Assembly (NCBI GenBank): GCA_000165345.1
Contig: CM000430.1
Coordinates: forward strand, 576,001-640,000
Direction of reading: 5' to 3'
DNA: 64,000 nucleotides
Position 1 is the stretch's first letter. Every line of letters begins with the position of its first letter. Below are positions 41,850 through 53,214 of the stretch, piece after piece. The notes under the pieces were generated by a model, which had not been told where the DNA came from, ran no database searches, and saw only the letters and a program-made list of their open reading frames with translations. The position numbers were made by a program, and so were the translations under genes.

Positions 41850-44800
41850 TTGATCATCAATATGGCTAAGGCTACTGCGCTTGAGCTCCTGGAATCTCTT
41901 TACAATGAGCTGATGAAAAAGGCAGAGGAAGGTGCCTACAGTGGGGAAGTCTTAGAGCAATATGCATGTAGTGTGCTTGCAAATTTGCATGCAAGCAAAG
42001 ACCCATTTGGTATTTACCATCAGGAATTGGCTTCTCAAGATGATCGAAAAAAAAGGCCAAACAATCCGCTTAGCCATGTAATACGTAGGCTGACAGAAGA
42101 AATCTTTGCGATCACAACAACTTGCAGCTATCCCATTTTGTTAACCCCGAGGCTCTATATAGTATGTGTATCATTATTAAGTGAATTATCTTTGGGAAAG
42201 CTTTCTCCTTTATTTTTAGAAACATTCGATGGCTATGCGGACAAATTTGAGAAGGATTTCAAACCATTAATGTTGGAAGTGTTTATCAGGAAGGCTCCAT
42301 GGCAGATACTAGTAAAAAATCTCAACTATCTGATAGGAAATGTAAAATCTGGAGTAGCTGGAGCCATGTGCGACAGTAAAATAAAGATAGAGTTTCAAGA
42401 GCTAAGCTCTATCACTAGCCCTGAGATGAGTAATTTAGGATTGTTAAATTTCCTGCCCCTATTTTTTACAAATTTCGAGTCTTTAAAAAAAGGAATATTA
42501 GAAGGCAGGTATTCGTTTAATTTCAACTCAAGTAAGGACAAAATTAAAGCAAATAGTAAAAGAACTTCAAGTTTGGTAGGCTTTAATACAATTATTGAAA
42601 AAACAAAAATAGTTGAGAGTTTTATTTCCAAAAAAAACGAAAAAACGACTCCAACTGAAATAATTAATCAAGCATTGGATAATTTTGCACTGACAAGAGT
42701 TAGCATTGCAGCTTTGACGAGAATTTTTACTAAATTCGGAATTGAGTCTGGTAGGAAAGAATTAAAAGAATTTAATTTAGATATTAGTTTTATTATTAAT
42801 TCATTTGAAGCAGTTATAGCAACTTTGCTTTCTGGTACCGAGATGTTTAGTTTGAATATGTGTGAAGGCAGTGACAAAGTATTCGAATCAAAGCATAAAG
42901 AAAACCCACAAGCAGTCTTACAACAAATATTTGAACTAGATGGAAGCATTTCAAATGATATCTTTACCTTGGAAAATAAGACAAATATATATTTCCCTTT
43001 CCATTTCCTTCATATTCAAATCGTTTCTGGGCTAAGAAATTTAATTATAAGCATGAGCAATTTTAAAGACTCAAATAAAGTAATACAAAATTCTTCAAGC
43101 TTAAATGATTTAATTATTGCCTATATTATGAGGATGTTAAATCAAATAGAAAGGATTCTCGAGTTACAAGGCTTAAATTCAACTAAACAAGATCATGAAA
43201 ATCCTTCATTTTCTAGTTCAGGAATTAATAGGTTTTTGGAGTTGATTCCTTCCGAAACTATTTTTTTAATTCAAGAAATGTCAAATTACTATTACCCATG
43301 TAGATCTATATTTAAAAAAAAGTTATTAGACATTCATGTCTCTCAGTTGAAAAACACTGAGCAAAGGGTTTCCTCATTTTTTATGACTTCTTTTACTCAA
43401 GTTATAAGTATGGAAGTTGGAAATGATTTAGATTGTGATTTACTGATGGAATCATGGGATCGTATCTTCAGGGATGTTGTGTTCCCAAATTTACTGGATT
43501 CATATACAATTGATTTATTTATAACTATGATTTGTAATCCCAACACTCTCAATAGCTTATCTAGAATTAATATTGAATCCTTTCTAGGTAAATATTTGGG
43601 AGTAATTACAAGGATTCTAGCTTATCATCCAGATTTATCAGCCAAACCAATTCTTGTATTTATTATGAATTGTGTTAAAAACTTAAAGATCCAAATGCCT
43701 AATTATGAATGGTTAGCTAATTGGATGAAGATTATTTTGAGTGCAATTTGTATGCCATTGATAACTCTCTTCCCACAGAAAGTTAATTGCGATGTTAATG
43801 ATCTCAAAGCAGTAATTAGCCCCATCAAGCCTAATAATAGAATCCTGAATTCCCTTTCAATTTTGGTTTACCCTAAGATATATTCCGATAATAGAAAAAA
43901 GGGAAAACTTGATTTAATGCATATTATTTCTGATCTCTCAACTAATCTTTTGTTGGTATCAATATATAACTCTAACTATACAGGAAACAAAAGATTACAC
44001 ACTATGACAGCTTTAAATGTTTGCATTAAGTTACTTGATTTGTTAATTAATGATTTAATTGACTCACTTGAAAGCCACAATAAACAAACAGGGAGTGATT
44101 ATTTACTTTCAGATGAGTCGATAATTAGTATAGAAAAGAAAAATATTGCCAAATTAATTTCTGGAATATTAAAGGTATTTCCTTATTTATTCCACCAAGG
44201 AGCAAACTATTCTCAAGAAATCTATGAAAAGATCGTAAAGCTTATTACTTTCATTTTTACTAGATTTAATGAATTATTATTCTCTGATGAGGTTTTCGAA
44301 GTCGTTTTAAATTTATTAAAACTGGATTTTCATTCTAACCTTGTAATAATTTCTCCAATTTGCTGGGCGATTGGAGAAGTTTTTATTTCAAAGATCGACG
44401 ATAATTCTCTTGAAGAACATGAAACAAAAATTTTCAAGCTAATTAATAGCTTAAAGTCTTTGATAGAAGGTTGTTGCACGAATTGCAATCAAGTAAACAA
44501 TGAATTAAACAAGAAAAACTGCAACTCTGGAACTGACACAGACTCGAATACTGGTTTAATGGATGAAGCTTTAAGTGAATGCTCAGATTCTTCATATTCT
44601 TCATTTATTTCTGACTCTTCTCTTGAAATTGATAGCGTTGCTTCAGAAGATGAACTTGAAGACGATACTATCGATAGTATTGTATATTCTAGTGGTGGAG
44701 CTACCGGCGAAGGAGGAAAAATGGCATTTATTGACCATTTTACAAATAATGAATATTATAATAACAAAATTTATAGAACAATGAGTGAAATTCTGAATGA

Positions 44801-45164
44801 AGATGATTTGAAGGATGTATACAAATATTTGGACAATATTTACCTAGTAGAAGCTATTATATCAACTTTATGCAAGATTGGATTAAGTTGTAAACAATCC
44901 AAATCAAATATAATTACTTTACTGGAGATATGTTTAAGAAAGTTCCAAATTAGGGGTTTTGAAAAGGATAACTTCGAAGACGAAAATTTAATTTTCCAGG
45001 AAGATCAACTTTTACAATATTCAAGATTCATCTTATCAAAGAAAATTAGTCTTTGTATTAAATCACTGAACCACTCATCTGTCTTTTCTTCTGCATTAAA
45101 CAAGCCAACAGGACCTCCAAGCACCTTATTTTGCAATAAAAGCTTAAGTTCAATATTGTTCTAG
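41850..45164 (+). CDS. hypothetical large alpha-helical protein
   Basis: 1104-aa uninterrupted ORF; compositional match to neighbours; acidic S/D/E-rich C-terminal segment. No domain recognised. Confidence 0.5.
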   Translation: MIINMAKATALELLESLYNELMKKAEEGAYSGEVLEQYACSVLANLHASKDPFGIYHQELASQDDRKKRPNNPLSHVIRRLTEEIFAITTTCSYPILLTPRLYIVCVSLLSELSLGKLSPLFLETFDGYADKFEKDFKPLMLEVFIRKAPWQILVKNLNYLIGNVKSGVAGAMCDSKIKIEFQELSSITSPEMSNLGLLNFLPLFFTNFESLKKGILEGRYSFNFNSSKDKIKANSKRTSSLVGFNTIIEKTKIVESFISKKNEKTTPTEIINQALDNFALTRVSIAALTRIFTKFGIESGRKELKEFNLDISFIINSFEAVIATLLSGTEMFSLNMCEGSDKVFESKHKENPQAVLQQIFELDGSISNDIFTLENKTNIYFPFHFLHIQIVSGLRNLIISMSNFKDSNKVIQNSSSLNDLIIAYIMRMLNQIERILELQGLNSTKQDHENPSFSSSGINRFLELIPSETIFLIQEMSNYYYPCRSIFKKKLLDIHVSQLKNTEQRVSSFFMTSFTQVISMEVGNDLDCDLLMESWDRIFRDVVFPNLLDSYTIDLFITMICNPNTLNSLSRINIESFLGKYLGVITRILAYHPDLSAKPILVFIMNCVKNLKIQMPNYEWLANWMKIILSAICMPLITLFPQKVNCDVNDLKAVISPIKPNNRILNSLSILVYPKIYSDNRKKGKLDLMHIISDLSTNLLLVSIYNSNYTGNKRLHTMTALNVCIKLLDLLINDLIDSLESHNKQTGSDYLLSDESIISIEKKNIAKLISGILKVFPYLFHQGANYSQEIYEKIVKLITFIFTRFNELLFSDEVFEVVLNLLKLDFHSNLVIISPICWAIGEVFISKIDDNSLEEHETKIFKLINSLKSLIEGCCTNCNQVNNELNKKNCNSGTDTDSNTGLMDEALSECSDSSYSSFISDSSLEIDSVASEDELEDDTIDSIVYSSGGATGEGGKMAFIDHFTNNEYYNNKIYRTMSEILNEDDLKDVYKYLDNIYLVEAIISTLCKIGLSCKQSKSNIITLLEICLRKFQIRGFEKDNFEDENLIFQEDQLLQYSRFILSKKISLCIKSLNHSSVFSSALNKPTGPPSTLFCNKSLSSILF

Positions 45165-45445
45165 TCTATACTCATAACTAGATGCACTAATTTATTATTT
45201 TAGTGCAAATTTCCCAACTACGGATTCATTTATGCATTTATTCATGAACTTGATTAAGGTTCACGCTAAAGGTTAGATAAACCCTCTAGTCAATAAATTA
45301 GAAGAAATCGCCGAAAAACCCTCACAAGAAAATTAGTTAAAATATTAATATTAAGACCAATATTACTATTGATATCTGCGAATTCTACCAGAGTTGGAAC
45401 CTTTCCTCCCTCTATTATCACCCTAAAATCATAAACTAAATCTCT

Positions 45446-46123
45446 TTAGGCAGAAGCTTTAGCTTTGGTAGCCTTCTTTCCAAAATTCTTAGCTTCAATA
45501 AATTGTTTGCGTAGTGTAGAGAATGCTCTGAATTTTCTCTCCTCAGGAGTAATAACGTGAGTCTATAAGAAAAAGTGATTAATTTAAATCTATAGAGTTA
45601 ATAACGACATACTTACCTTAACAGCCAAAGTCTGGGCCTTAATAGGGAAAGCCTTTTCATGGCTTACATTCTTCAAGGCCTTGAACTCCTCTCTAGCAGA
45701 GTCATTTGGAATACCAGCGAAGCCCTTCTTAGTCTTCTTTCCCTTTCTTGGTTGAAGAACGATTCCATTAATATACTTCTTTAGACGGTCAACATTGATT
45801 TGGAATGTCTCTTCAGATAAGTCAGTTCTTCTGTGGTCAACAGCAATTCCAATGCTCATTGCAGCCTTTTTGTTAATTCCACAAGCTGAGAGCTCTTCAA
45901 GAGTGAATCCTCTTCCAAGACGGGTTTTCATGTTGTAACGTTGTGTTGGTGGGTGGACAATTGGTCTCAACATTCCAACAGGTCTAAAGCCTGCCTCAGC
46001 AACTGCCTTTTGACGAGCAATTCTGCGGCTTTGCTTTCTACCTGGCTGGTTATACCATGTCTTGATCCAGCGTTTGTAGTTTTTGTGATAGTGCACATTG
46101 GGAATAACGTTGTTATGACGCAT
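45446..46123 (-). CDS. RPL13: 60S ribosomal protein L13e (2 exons)
   Basis: join(45446..45562,45617..46123). Exon 1 MRHNNVIPNVHYHKNYKRWIKTWYNQPGRKQSRRIARQKA...AQTLAVK. Donor GTAAGT (plus acttac at 45611-45616); acceptor cttatAG|ACT (plus ct at 45563-45564). Exon 2 THVITPEERKFRAFSTLRKQFIEAKNFGKKATKAKASA*. The ORF track ORF reads through the intron. Confidence 0.85.
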
Positions 46124-46515
46124 CTTTAATCAAGATTTAGGTTCTATTCTTCTATTATATGAATCTATATATATATAAATATATTCGTCCTTAGACTCCT
46201 TTCTATACTTCTTTCCAACTTAATACTAGAAGGAAAGTTGAATACCTTTTAAAAATAAAATATTTAAGCTTTCGAAAAGATGTCTCGATTACAAATTCAA
46301 AGCAGTCTTTATAGCCTTTATTTTCAAAATAATTGTTGGCTCTCTTTTTTTCTTAATATTTTATTATTTACTATAATAAATAATATTAAATACAAATTTA
46401 CTCTAATTTTATATTTAATTTATAGTTAATTTTCTTTCCTATTAATTTCTTATAAAAAAGTATTACGAGACAGAAATCAACAATGCCGGTATTTAATATA
46501 ATATTATTTGATTTG

Positions 46516-46592
46516 GGCCGCGTCTCGTCTCATACAAAAAAAAATTTATATTAATCAAAAAAGACGTGCATGGTTTAGGCGCCGTCTCAAGA
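46516..46592. promoter_or_regulatory. repeated CGTCTC / GGCGCC elements in the RPL13/RPS16 divergent ribosomal-protein promoter
   Basis: TTGGGCCGCGTCTCGTCTCAT (46513-46533) and TTTAGGCGCCGTCTCAAGAC (46574-46593) lie between RPL13 start 46123(-) and RPS16 start 46764(+). Confidence 0.4.
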
Positions 46593-46763
46593 CATCAATA
46601 TTAAAATATTAATTATTTAAATAAATAATAATTGGGGGAAGAAAAAATCGTAGTTAAATAGAATTAAGGAGGAAAAAATTGCATAAAAGAATAATCGACT
46701 TGGATTAAGTTGGTTTGTTTTAATTCTTGAATAATATTATTTTTCTGATTCTATATTTAGAGG

Positions 46764-47198
46764 ATGACTATGGAAAGCCGTATGGTTCAGACCTTTGGTC
46801 GCAAGAAGAATGCTGTTGCAGTAGCTCTTTGCAGAGAAGGAAAGGGATTAGTTCACTTTAACGGAAAGCCTTTGGATCTTATCCAACCAGAACAACTCAA
46901 GGTTAAGGCTTTTGAGCCAATTCTCTTATTAGGAAAGCAAATTTTTTCTGGAGTAGATATTAGGATCAGAGTGTCAGGTGGTGGTTACACATCTCAAGTC
47001 TTCGCAATCCGTCAGGCTTTAGCCAAGGCAATTGTTGCTTACACTCAGAAGTTTGTAGATGAAGCAACAAAACAAGAAATCAGAGATATCCTCGTTTCTT
47101 ATGACCGTTCATTGGTCATTGCTGATCCAAGAAGATGCGAGCCAAAGAAATTCGGAGGTCCAGGTGCCCGTGCTCGTATTCAGAAGTCGTACCGTTAA
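46764..47198 (+). CDS. RPS16: 40S ribosomal protein S16 (uS9)
   Basis: [14 protein letters not shown]...[22 protein letters not shown]...[25 protein letters not shown], with the canonical uS9 C-terminus. Confidence 0.85.
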   Translation: MTMESRMVQTFGRKKNAVAVALCREGKGLVHFNGKPLDLIQPEQLKVKAFEPILLLGKQIFSGVDIRIRVSGGGYTSQVFAIRQALAKAIVAYTQKFVDEATKQEIRDILVSYDRSLVIADPRRCEPKKFGGPGARARIQKSYR

Positions 47199-47600
47199 TT
47201 TTAGTATGCTGGAGTTATTCAGGTTCGGGTGGGATCGGGAGTTCCTTCAAGAACTATTTGCAGGGACACCAAAATCAAGAAAAAAAATATGTCTCATTTC
47301 GGTTTGCTATGACTACATTACGAGGTTCTACTATGTATTTACTCTTATGTCGGCTATTTGCTACTAGAAGTGGGCTAATACTATTTACCTTTCAGATTAG
47401 TATATAAGTTCTTGTTCCTGGCCTTAATACTCATCGAATATTATCAGACTTTGAGACATTTGAGGGTTTACTCTTTACTTTATCCCAAGTATCTAATTAG
47501 TATATAAAAGGATATCGATTTTAATAGTTAAATTTATTAGGAGTCTATGTTTCTTTGCTTTGCCTCTTCCCATTCGCTGTACCTTAACGGTTTTCAGATG

Positions 47601-49862
47601 CTAGTTTACTACATCATGAAGTGAGTTTAAAAAGTCTTGGTGGGAGATTGTTGAAGAGTTCTTGAATTTGTGTTGGACTAGTTCAAGGGCAAATAGTAAT
47701 TTTTTGATAGGTACTGGGAACCTAAGAGAATCCGAGATTTTCGTTAAAGTATCAGGTGTGAACAATCCATTCTGATAGTAGTCTAAAATTCCTGGAACGT
47801 CCTGTGATTCAACTGAAGGAACTCTAATCGACAAGTTAAAAATATCAGCCAAACCAGAAGTATGAACAAATTCGTACTCAGAGGTAGTTGCAAGTATTAG
47901 AAGCTTTCTTCCTTTAGGTGCTCTGTTCTTAATTAAAATCATAATAGTCTGTAATACAATATTTGAAAATCTGGGGCCAATAGCAGTAAAGTCCATCAGT
48001 CTTTCAATATCATCCAGAATAATACATGATATATCGCTCTTATAAGCATCACTAAATGTTTTTCTCAGCTCTTGACTTCTTGCTGACTCGCTCATACCCA
48101 CAAATTGGAGGGGACTCTGCAATTTTGTAAATGGGAATCCTCCTGTAATTGCAATATGAGCAGCCAAGGCGGACTTTCCCGTTCCTTTATCTCCATATAA
48201 CAAAACAGCCAATGTAGAAAGATTCTCATCTGTTTTGATCTGTTCGGAAAGCCTCTTTAATAGCTCTAAGTTCCTTTGTGACTCACTACCCAACTTTATT
48301 ATTCCTCTAGGAACTAAACTTTGCAACTCATCTTCGTCAGTACCAAATGCAGGTTGCACCTCCTCTAATGCTGACTCAAAATCACTTCTGCAAACCTTAA
48401 TGTTCTCAGCATCCATTGGCTTAGTCATATCTCCCATGTCAATATGGCGTTGAAATGCAAAGGATGTTGCAGACCTTACCAGTCCTTCCAGCTCAGCACC
48501 TGAGAAGTTGGCAGATTCTTGTGCCAAAGCACTTAAATCTACATCATTTGCCAATCTGGAGCTTTCTCTCATTTGCTTAGTATGAATCTCAAGAATCTCC
48601 AATCTTCCCTCAGAGTCAGGCAGTCCTATTTCAATCTGAACCTCGAAGCGCCCAGGTCTTAAAAGGGCTTCATCCAAGAGATCCAACCTATTTGTCATGC
48701 CTATCAATAATATGTTGTTAATGCTATTAACTCCATCAATTTTGCTTAATAGCTGATTAACTACGCTGTCACCAACTCCTGTTGAACCACTTGATCCTGC
48801 TCCCCTACTTTTGCAAATGGCATCAAGCTCATCTAAAATAATAATATGTAGTGCAGAAAAGTCTCCTTTTTGACGATACTCATCTTCTGCCTCTTTAAAT
48901 AAGTTTCTAATGTTTTCCTCGCTTTGTCCAACATACTTATTTAAAATTTCAGGTCCATTCACAATTTTGGGCTCCCTAGCTTTGAGAACTTTTGCGATCT
49001 GTCTGGCTATTAAAGTCTTTCCTGTACCTGGAGGCCCATGTAAAATCAAGCCCTTAACATGTTGTATTCCCAACTCCTTTAGTAGCTTTGGTGGAATAAC
49101 TCTACTTGCAAAAGCTCTTCTGAAAATGACAGAAAATTCATCGTCTAGGCCACCAATACCAATGTCCTTAAAACTGAAATGATGTCTGAATAAGGTCGGA
49201 GCACTTCTGTGGTCATTCTGAAATCTAACTGTTCCTGTTTTAGATCCTGTTAATTCCATGTTTGTAGAGTCAATTACTAAAAAATGAGAATTTTTAGAAT
49301 CAGAGTGTTCTTTCTTATTGCCATTTGATAATAGGCTATCTAGAGATAAGATATCTTTTACTGTCAATAGTAACAATAAATTCTCTTCCTTATAGAAATA
49401 TGATACCTTTTGGCCTTGTGTAACTACTTGATTACGTATGCTTTGTAAAATACCTGGAATTATTCTTTCACCATCTAATAAAAGCTGTTGACTAGATCCG
49501 ACAAATAATTCTGCCTCAAGCAAAAGAGTTCCAGCAATGCTCTTTGCAGCTTCACTACCAGTAGTTCCAAATCCCACAGCTAATTCAACTTCTATTCTCT
49601 CCCTTGATTCAATCCTAGCAAATTGGCGATGCAATCTATTTAATGCTAATTCCCCATGAGCAACTCTTTCATCTACTTCAATATTCAAAACAAGATTTTT
49701 AACTAAAATTCGAGGTTGCCCAGTTCCACTTTGCGTGTTAGAAAGATTCTTTAAAGCTGTATATGTTGAAGAACTTACATATGCAAAGTTTGTGAATGCC
49801 AGCTCTTGTGCAGGCAAATTGCACGAAACTAAGGAAACCGTCATATCAAGTCCACTCCTCAA
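47601..49862 (-). CDS. NSF: N-ethylmaleimide-sensitive fusion protein (NSF, AAA+ ATPase, vesicle fusion)
   Basis: D1 Walker A GLILHGPPGTGKTLIARQIA with KIVNGPEILNKYVGQSEENIRNLF, ILDELDAI, and SRS. Second D2 P-loop LLYGDKGTGKSALAA. 753 aa. Confidence 0.85.
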   Translation of the reverse strand: MRSGLDMTVSLVSCNLPAQELAFTNFAYVSSSTYTALKNLSNTQSGTGQPRILVKNLVLNIEVDERVAHGELALNRLHRQFARIESRERIEVELAVGFGTTGSEAAKSIAGTLLLEAELFVGSSQQLLLDGERIIPGILQSIRNQVVTQGQKVSYFYKEENLLLLLTVKDILSLDSLLSNGNKKEHSDSKNSHFLVIDSTNMELTGSKTGTVRFQNDHRSAPTLFRHHFSFKDIGIGGLDDEFSVIFRRAFASRVIPPKLLKELGIQHVKGLILHGPPGTGKTLIARQIAKVLKAREPKIVNGPEILNKYVGQSEENIRNLFKEAEDEYRQKGDFSALHIIILDELDAICKSRGAGSSGSTGVGDSVVNQLLSKIDGVNSINNILLIGMTNRLDLLDEALLRPGRFEVQIEIGLPDSEGRLEILEIHTKQMRESSRLANDVDLSALAQESANFSGAELEGLVRSATSFAFQRHIDMGDMTKPMDAENIKVCRSDFESALEEVQPAFGTDEDELQSLVPRGIIKLGSESQRNLELLKRLSEQIKTDENLSTLAVLLYGDKGTGKSALAAHIAITGGFPFTKLQSPLQFVGMSESARSQELRKTFSDAYKSDISCIILDDIERLMDFTAIGPRFSNIVLQTIMILIKNRAPKGRKLLILATTSEYEFVHTSGLADIFNLSIRVPSVESQDVPGILDYYQNGLFTPDTLTKISDSLRFPVPIKKLLFALELVQHKFKNSSTISHQDFLNSLHDVVN

Positions 49863-49996
49863 GGAAAAATATAAATATTAGAAAATTTCAATGAGTTTTT
49901 TCTCTTTTTAAGTTAATCAAATTACTCCTTTTTAATTCTCGCTTGTCCTTCACCTTACCCACAACTATAGATTAAAAAATTGCAAAAAAAAGCGGA

Positions 49997-50016
49997 GGCG
50001 CCTGAGTCTTGGCGCC
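49997..50016. promoter_or_regulatory. paired GGCGCC boxes, 8-nt spacer, NSF/50110-gene divergent promoter
   Basis: GCGGAGGCGCCTGAGTCTTGGCGCCAAATTTC lies between starts 49862(-) and 50110(+). Confidence 0.5.
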
Positions 50017-50109
50017 AAATTTCATGTCAAGATTAGATTTACAATAATGTTAGAAGAACTAAATAAAAGTGAATATTAAAAGGGATTTGAAGAAAATTAA
50101 TTCAAAGAA

Positions 50110-50637
50110 ATGACAATATTTGAGGTGAAATTGTCTTCAGCAACAACTTTGCAGGATTTATTGGGGGAAAATGAATATGTTAAAGACAATTATAAGAACT
50201 GTGATATATTAGTATTAGATTATGAGGGAAAAGAAAAATTGGGTTTTTTAAACCGTGACATACTATTGACAGATTATAGACTAATTTTTCTTAAAGATGC
50301 TGAATATTCAACTCAGAATTCAAAAATTCCCAGCAAATTCTCTTGTGGGGACTACATAAATATTTCATCTATTATTGTTAACGCAGTTTCATCGTGTGAA
50401 AAAGCTGAAGATAATCCGTATTTATACGTTCAATTAGGTGATCCTGAATTTAATGAAGACAGTGATGAGGATTTGGAGTCTAGTCACCGCTTTTCCGAAA
50501 TTAACATTCGTTGCTCTGACCAAAATACTATCTATACGCTTTTCAATTCTATATCGGAAACAGCCGCATATATGGAGCAGCTAGAGAACTTATCTGATTT
50601 AAAATCGGATGATGAGTTAACAACTGATCAAGAATGA
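50110..50637 (+). CDS. hypothetical small acidic protein
   Basis: 175-aa ORF. Short promoter spacer from NSF carrying paired GGCGCC boxes. Acidic C-terminus. Fold not recognised. Confidence 0.4.
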   Translation: MTIFEVKLSSATTLQDLLGENEYVKDNYKNCDILVLDYEGKEKLGFLNRDILLTDYRLIFLKDAEYSTQNSKIPSKFSCGDYINISSIIVNAVSSCEKAEDNPYLYVQLGDPEFNEDSDEDLESSHRFSEINIRCSDQNTIYTLFNSISETAAYMEQLENLSDLKSDDELTTDQE

Positions 50638-51099
50638 CACTAATTTTTGGGTAAATCTTCTCATTTAGTTTTTCTAATAAACCTTTCTAAATTACTTTCA
50701 TTATTAATACAATTGATATCCAAAAAGTAGTATATTTTTATCACCTCATTTTTTGTATAACTTCATATTTAATTTTCTTTCTGATTTTTCAATGATTTAT
50801 TCTATTCAAATATATTTATTTACTCTTATAATATTGATTGCAAACTAATGGAAATGGCGCCATGATCTTCAAAGATAGTAATGCATGCGGAGTATCACAA
50901 AGACGAATATACTAAATTCCTATAAAACAACATAAAAGATTAATTTATAAAGTATTAATTAATCTTAAATAAGAATCTTAGTTTTAAAATTTATATTTTC
51001 AAGGGATAAAACAATATATCACAGTAAAGTTAATAACGATTGCCTAGATCTAGCAATTATCTGTAAAGCAGAAATTAAATTGATCGAATATTCACAAAG

Positions 51100-53214
51100 A
51101 TGAAAACTGAAACTAAAATTTCTCTGTTTTTTTCTTTTATAATTCTATTATGTGAATACTCTTTCTCTTTGGGTAATATTCAAAATCAATTTGAAAGATT
51201 TAGAACTTTTAATACTAATCATGACTTGCTAGAGCATCATCAAAACCCCAGTTCAAAAATACAAAGAACAAATGAGGATATTAAAGATGGCGTAAGCCCT
51301 TTATTTGAAAAGCCTGAATTAGATGGCAGATACAATAAATATAGAAAAATATACGACAAAAAAAACCAAAATGAAAAAATTAAGAGAAAGGATCAATTAA
51401 AAAATCAAGTGGAAGAACTGCTAGAAGATATGGACTATGTGAAGCAAAAGCAACGGTACTTAGAGTCAGACACATTAGACAAATATTTTTCATTTAGAGG
51501 AGCAGAAGAACATTCAATTGATGATTTGGACTTTGAAGGATTATTTGATCCAGAATATGGAGGAAGAGGAAGAGTTCTGGAAAGTTATAAAATCACCACA
51601 AATGATATTTACAAAGATGAATTAAAACCAAGAAAATATGAATACGCTATTGGAGCAACTCTAAGAGATAAGAGATACGACAAGCATAGAAAAGAGAGCA
51701 ATAATGAAATTGTATTAGTTATTACTCCAAAGAACTTTTTTGCTGATAAAGATGGAAAACTCTCACTTTTACCGAGTTTAGCTCTTAAAATAAACAAAAA
51801 CTCAAAGCTCTCAACATTAATAAAAATGATCCACAAACTCATATCTTATGCTTATCCAGGTATATTAATTGAAAGGATTCGTCATTTAGAAACACAAATT
51901 ATTTTGAATGAAGCACCCAAAACAGCTAAACTCAGTTCTTTAAAAATAAAAAATGGGAACGAAATCTCTGTTACATTTAAAAATGTACCCAAAGATAAAA
52001 AATCAGATAAGTACCATCAAACTCAAGAATTACCTATAGAAGAGCTTCCAATGACTCCAATAGAAAAAGATATTCCTGAGCTTCCTGAGCTGGATGTTCA
52101 GGAAAATCTTGATTTAAGTCAAGGTCCCAGTACTCAACAAAGCTTAGAAACTAAAGTATTAAAATCTAAAGATGATATTTTGAATGAAGATGAAATTTTA
52201 GAACCTAATAAAACCATTGAAAATCCTTTATCCAATAATTATGATTTTAATGTTGGGGATGAATATGAAAAATTAAAGTCTGATTATTTTCAAAACATCA
52301 GAGCTGGCAAAATTGCTATATATAACTCTGATGACGAACCACCAAGACAATCTAATCACAAAGAACATCAATTTGTATTAAGCGATGAGGGAATTGATAA
52401 TGATGGACAAGAAAGAGCAGTAGAGGCTGAGAAAATAGACATTAATGATTCTGATGACTCCTATTTAGGAACTGATATAAATCATTGCAACTATAAGGTA
52501 AACTTCAAACAAATTACATTACCTGTATCAAATTTTACTAATGAAATCGAACGGAACAATATTAAAGATATTTTAACTCTTAACGTAACATTTAGCGAGC
52601 TTGAGCCATGTAATTTGGAAACACTTATTTCAGAAGTGAATAAAATAGCAAAATCCATGGGAAAGAATTATTCTCTTGTTAGAATGGAACATAATGCATC
52701 AAAGAGAGAGCTACTAGCTCTTTCAAAAGATAACGAGAAGCACCATCTTTTGGATCTCGAAATAATTAGGGGTGACGAATTTAATGCATTTTTAATACTT
52801 GAAAAAACTCAAGAATCTGACTATTCAAAGAATGATATTGATAAACATGATGTAGAAATTATATCTGATCTGACTGAGAAACAGATTTCTATTGCGGACT
52901 GTCAGATATACATGACCATTTTTGTTGATTCAGCATCACTTCGCGATAATATTAACCAATCCCTTTCCAAGGAACCCCTTAACAAGAATAGAAGCTTAGG
53001 AAAAGGAGGAAAAAAGCATCTTAAACCAATTAATATATGCACTCAAAGTTATGTTCCTATTAAAAAAGTACTAGAAAAGATCAAGATTATATTGAAAGTA
53101 GATTCAAATTTGAATGAAATTTTCATATGCGGAGATAAAATTGTAGATACTTGTAGCAGTTTACCAGTTTCATTAATCAAATCAGAAACATGTGTTCTTC
53201 GATTTGATTCATAA
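51100..53214 (+). CDS. hypothetical secreted protein (signal peptide), K/E/D-rich
   Basis: 704 aa; N-terminal MKTETKISLFFSFIILLCEYSFSLG. No recognised domain. Confidence 0.5.
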   Translation: MKTETKISLFFSFIILLCEYSFSLGNIQNQFERFRTFNTNHDLLEHHQNPSSKIQRTNEDIKDGVSPLFEKPELDGRYNKYRKIYDKKNQNEKIKRKDQLKNQVEELLEDMDYVKQKQRYLESDTLDKYFSFRGAEEHSIDDLDFEGLFDPEYGGRGRVLESYKITTNDIYKDELKPRKYEYAIGATLRDKRYDKHRKESNNEIVLVITPKNFFADKDGKLSLLPSLALKINKNSKLSTLIKMIHKLISYAYPGILIERIRHLETQIILNEAPKTAKLSSLKIKNGNEISVTFKNVPKDKKSDKYHQTQELPIEELPMTPIEKDIPELPELDVQENLDLSQGPSTQQSLETKVLKSKDDILNEDEILEPNKTIENPLSNNYDFNVGDEYEKLKSDYFQNIRAGKIAIYNSDDEPPRQSNHKEHQFVLSDEGIDNDGQERAVEAEKIDINDSDDSYLGTDINHCNYKVNFKQITLPVSNFTNEIERNNIKDILTLNVTFSELEPCNLETLISEVNKIAKSMGKNYSLVRMEHNASKRELLALSKDNEKHHLLDLEIIRGDEFNAFLILEKTQESDYSKNDIDKHDVEIISDLTEKQISIADCQIYMTIFVDSASLRDNINQSLSKEPLNKNRSLGKGGKKHLKPINICTQSYVPIKKVLEKIKIILKVDSNLNEIFICGDKIVDTCSSLPVSLIKSETCVLRFDS

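Noticed and set aside
47059-47407. ORFs 47059..47367 and 47135..47407 (+) overlapping the RPS16 3' end
   Set aside because: They are out-of-frame read-through of RPS16 and its 3'UTR, with no support.
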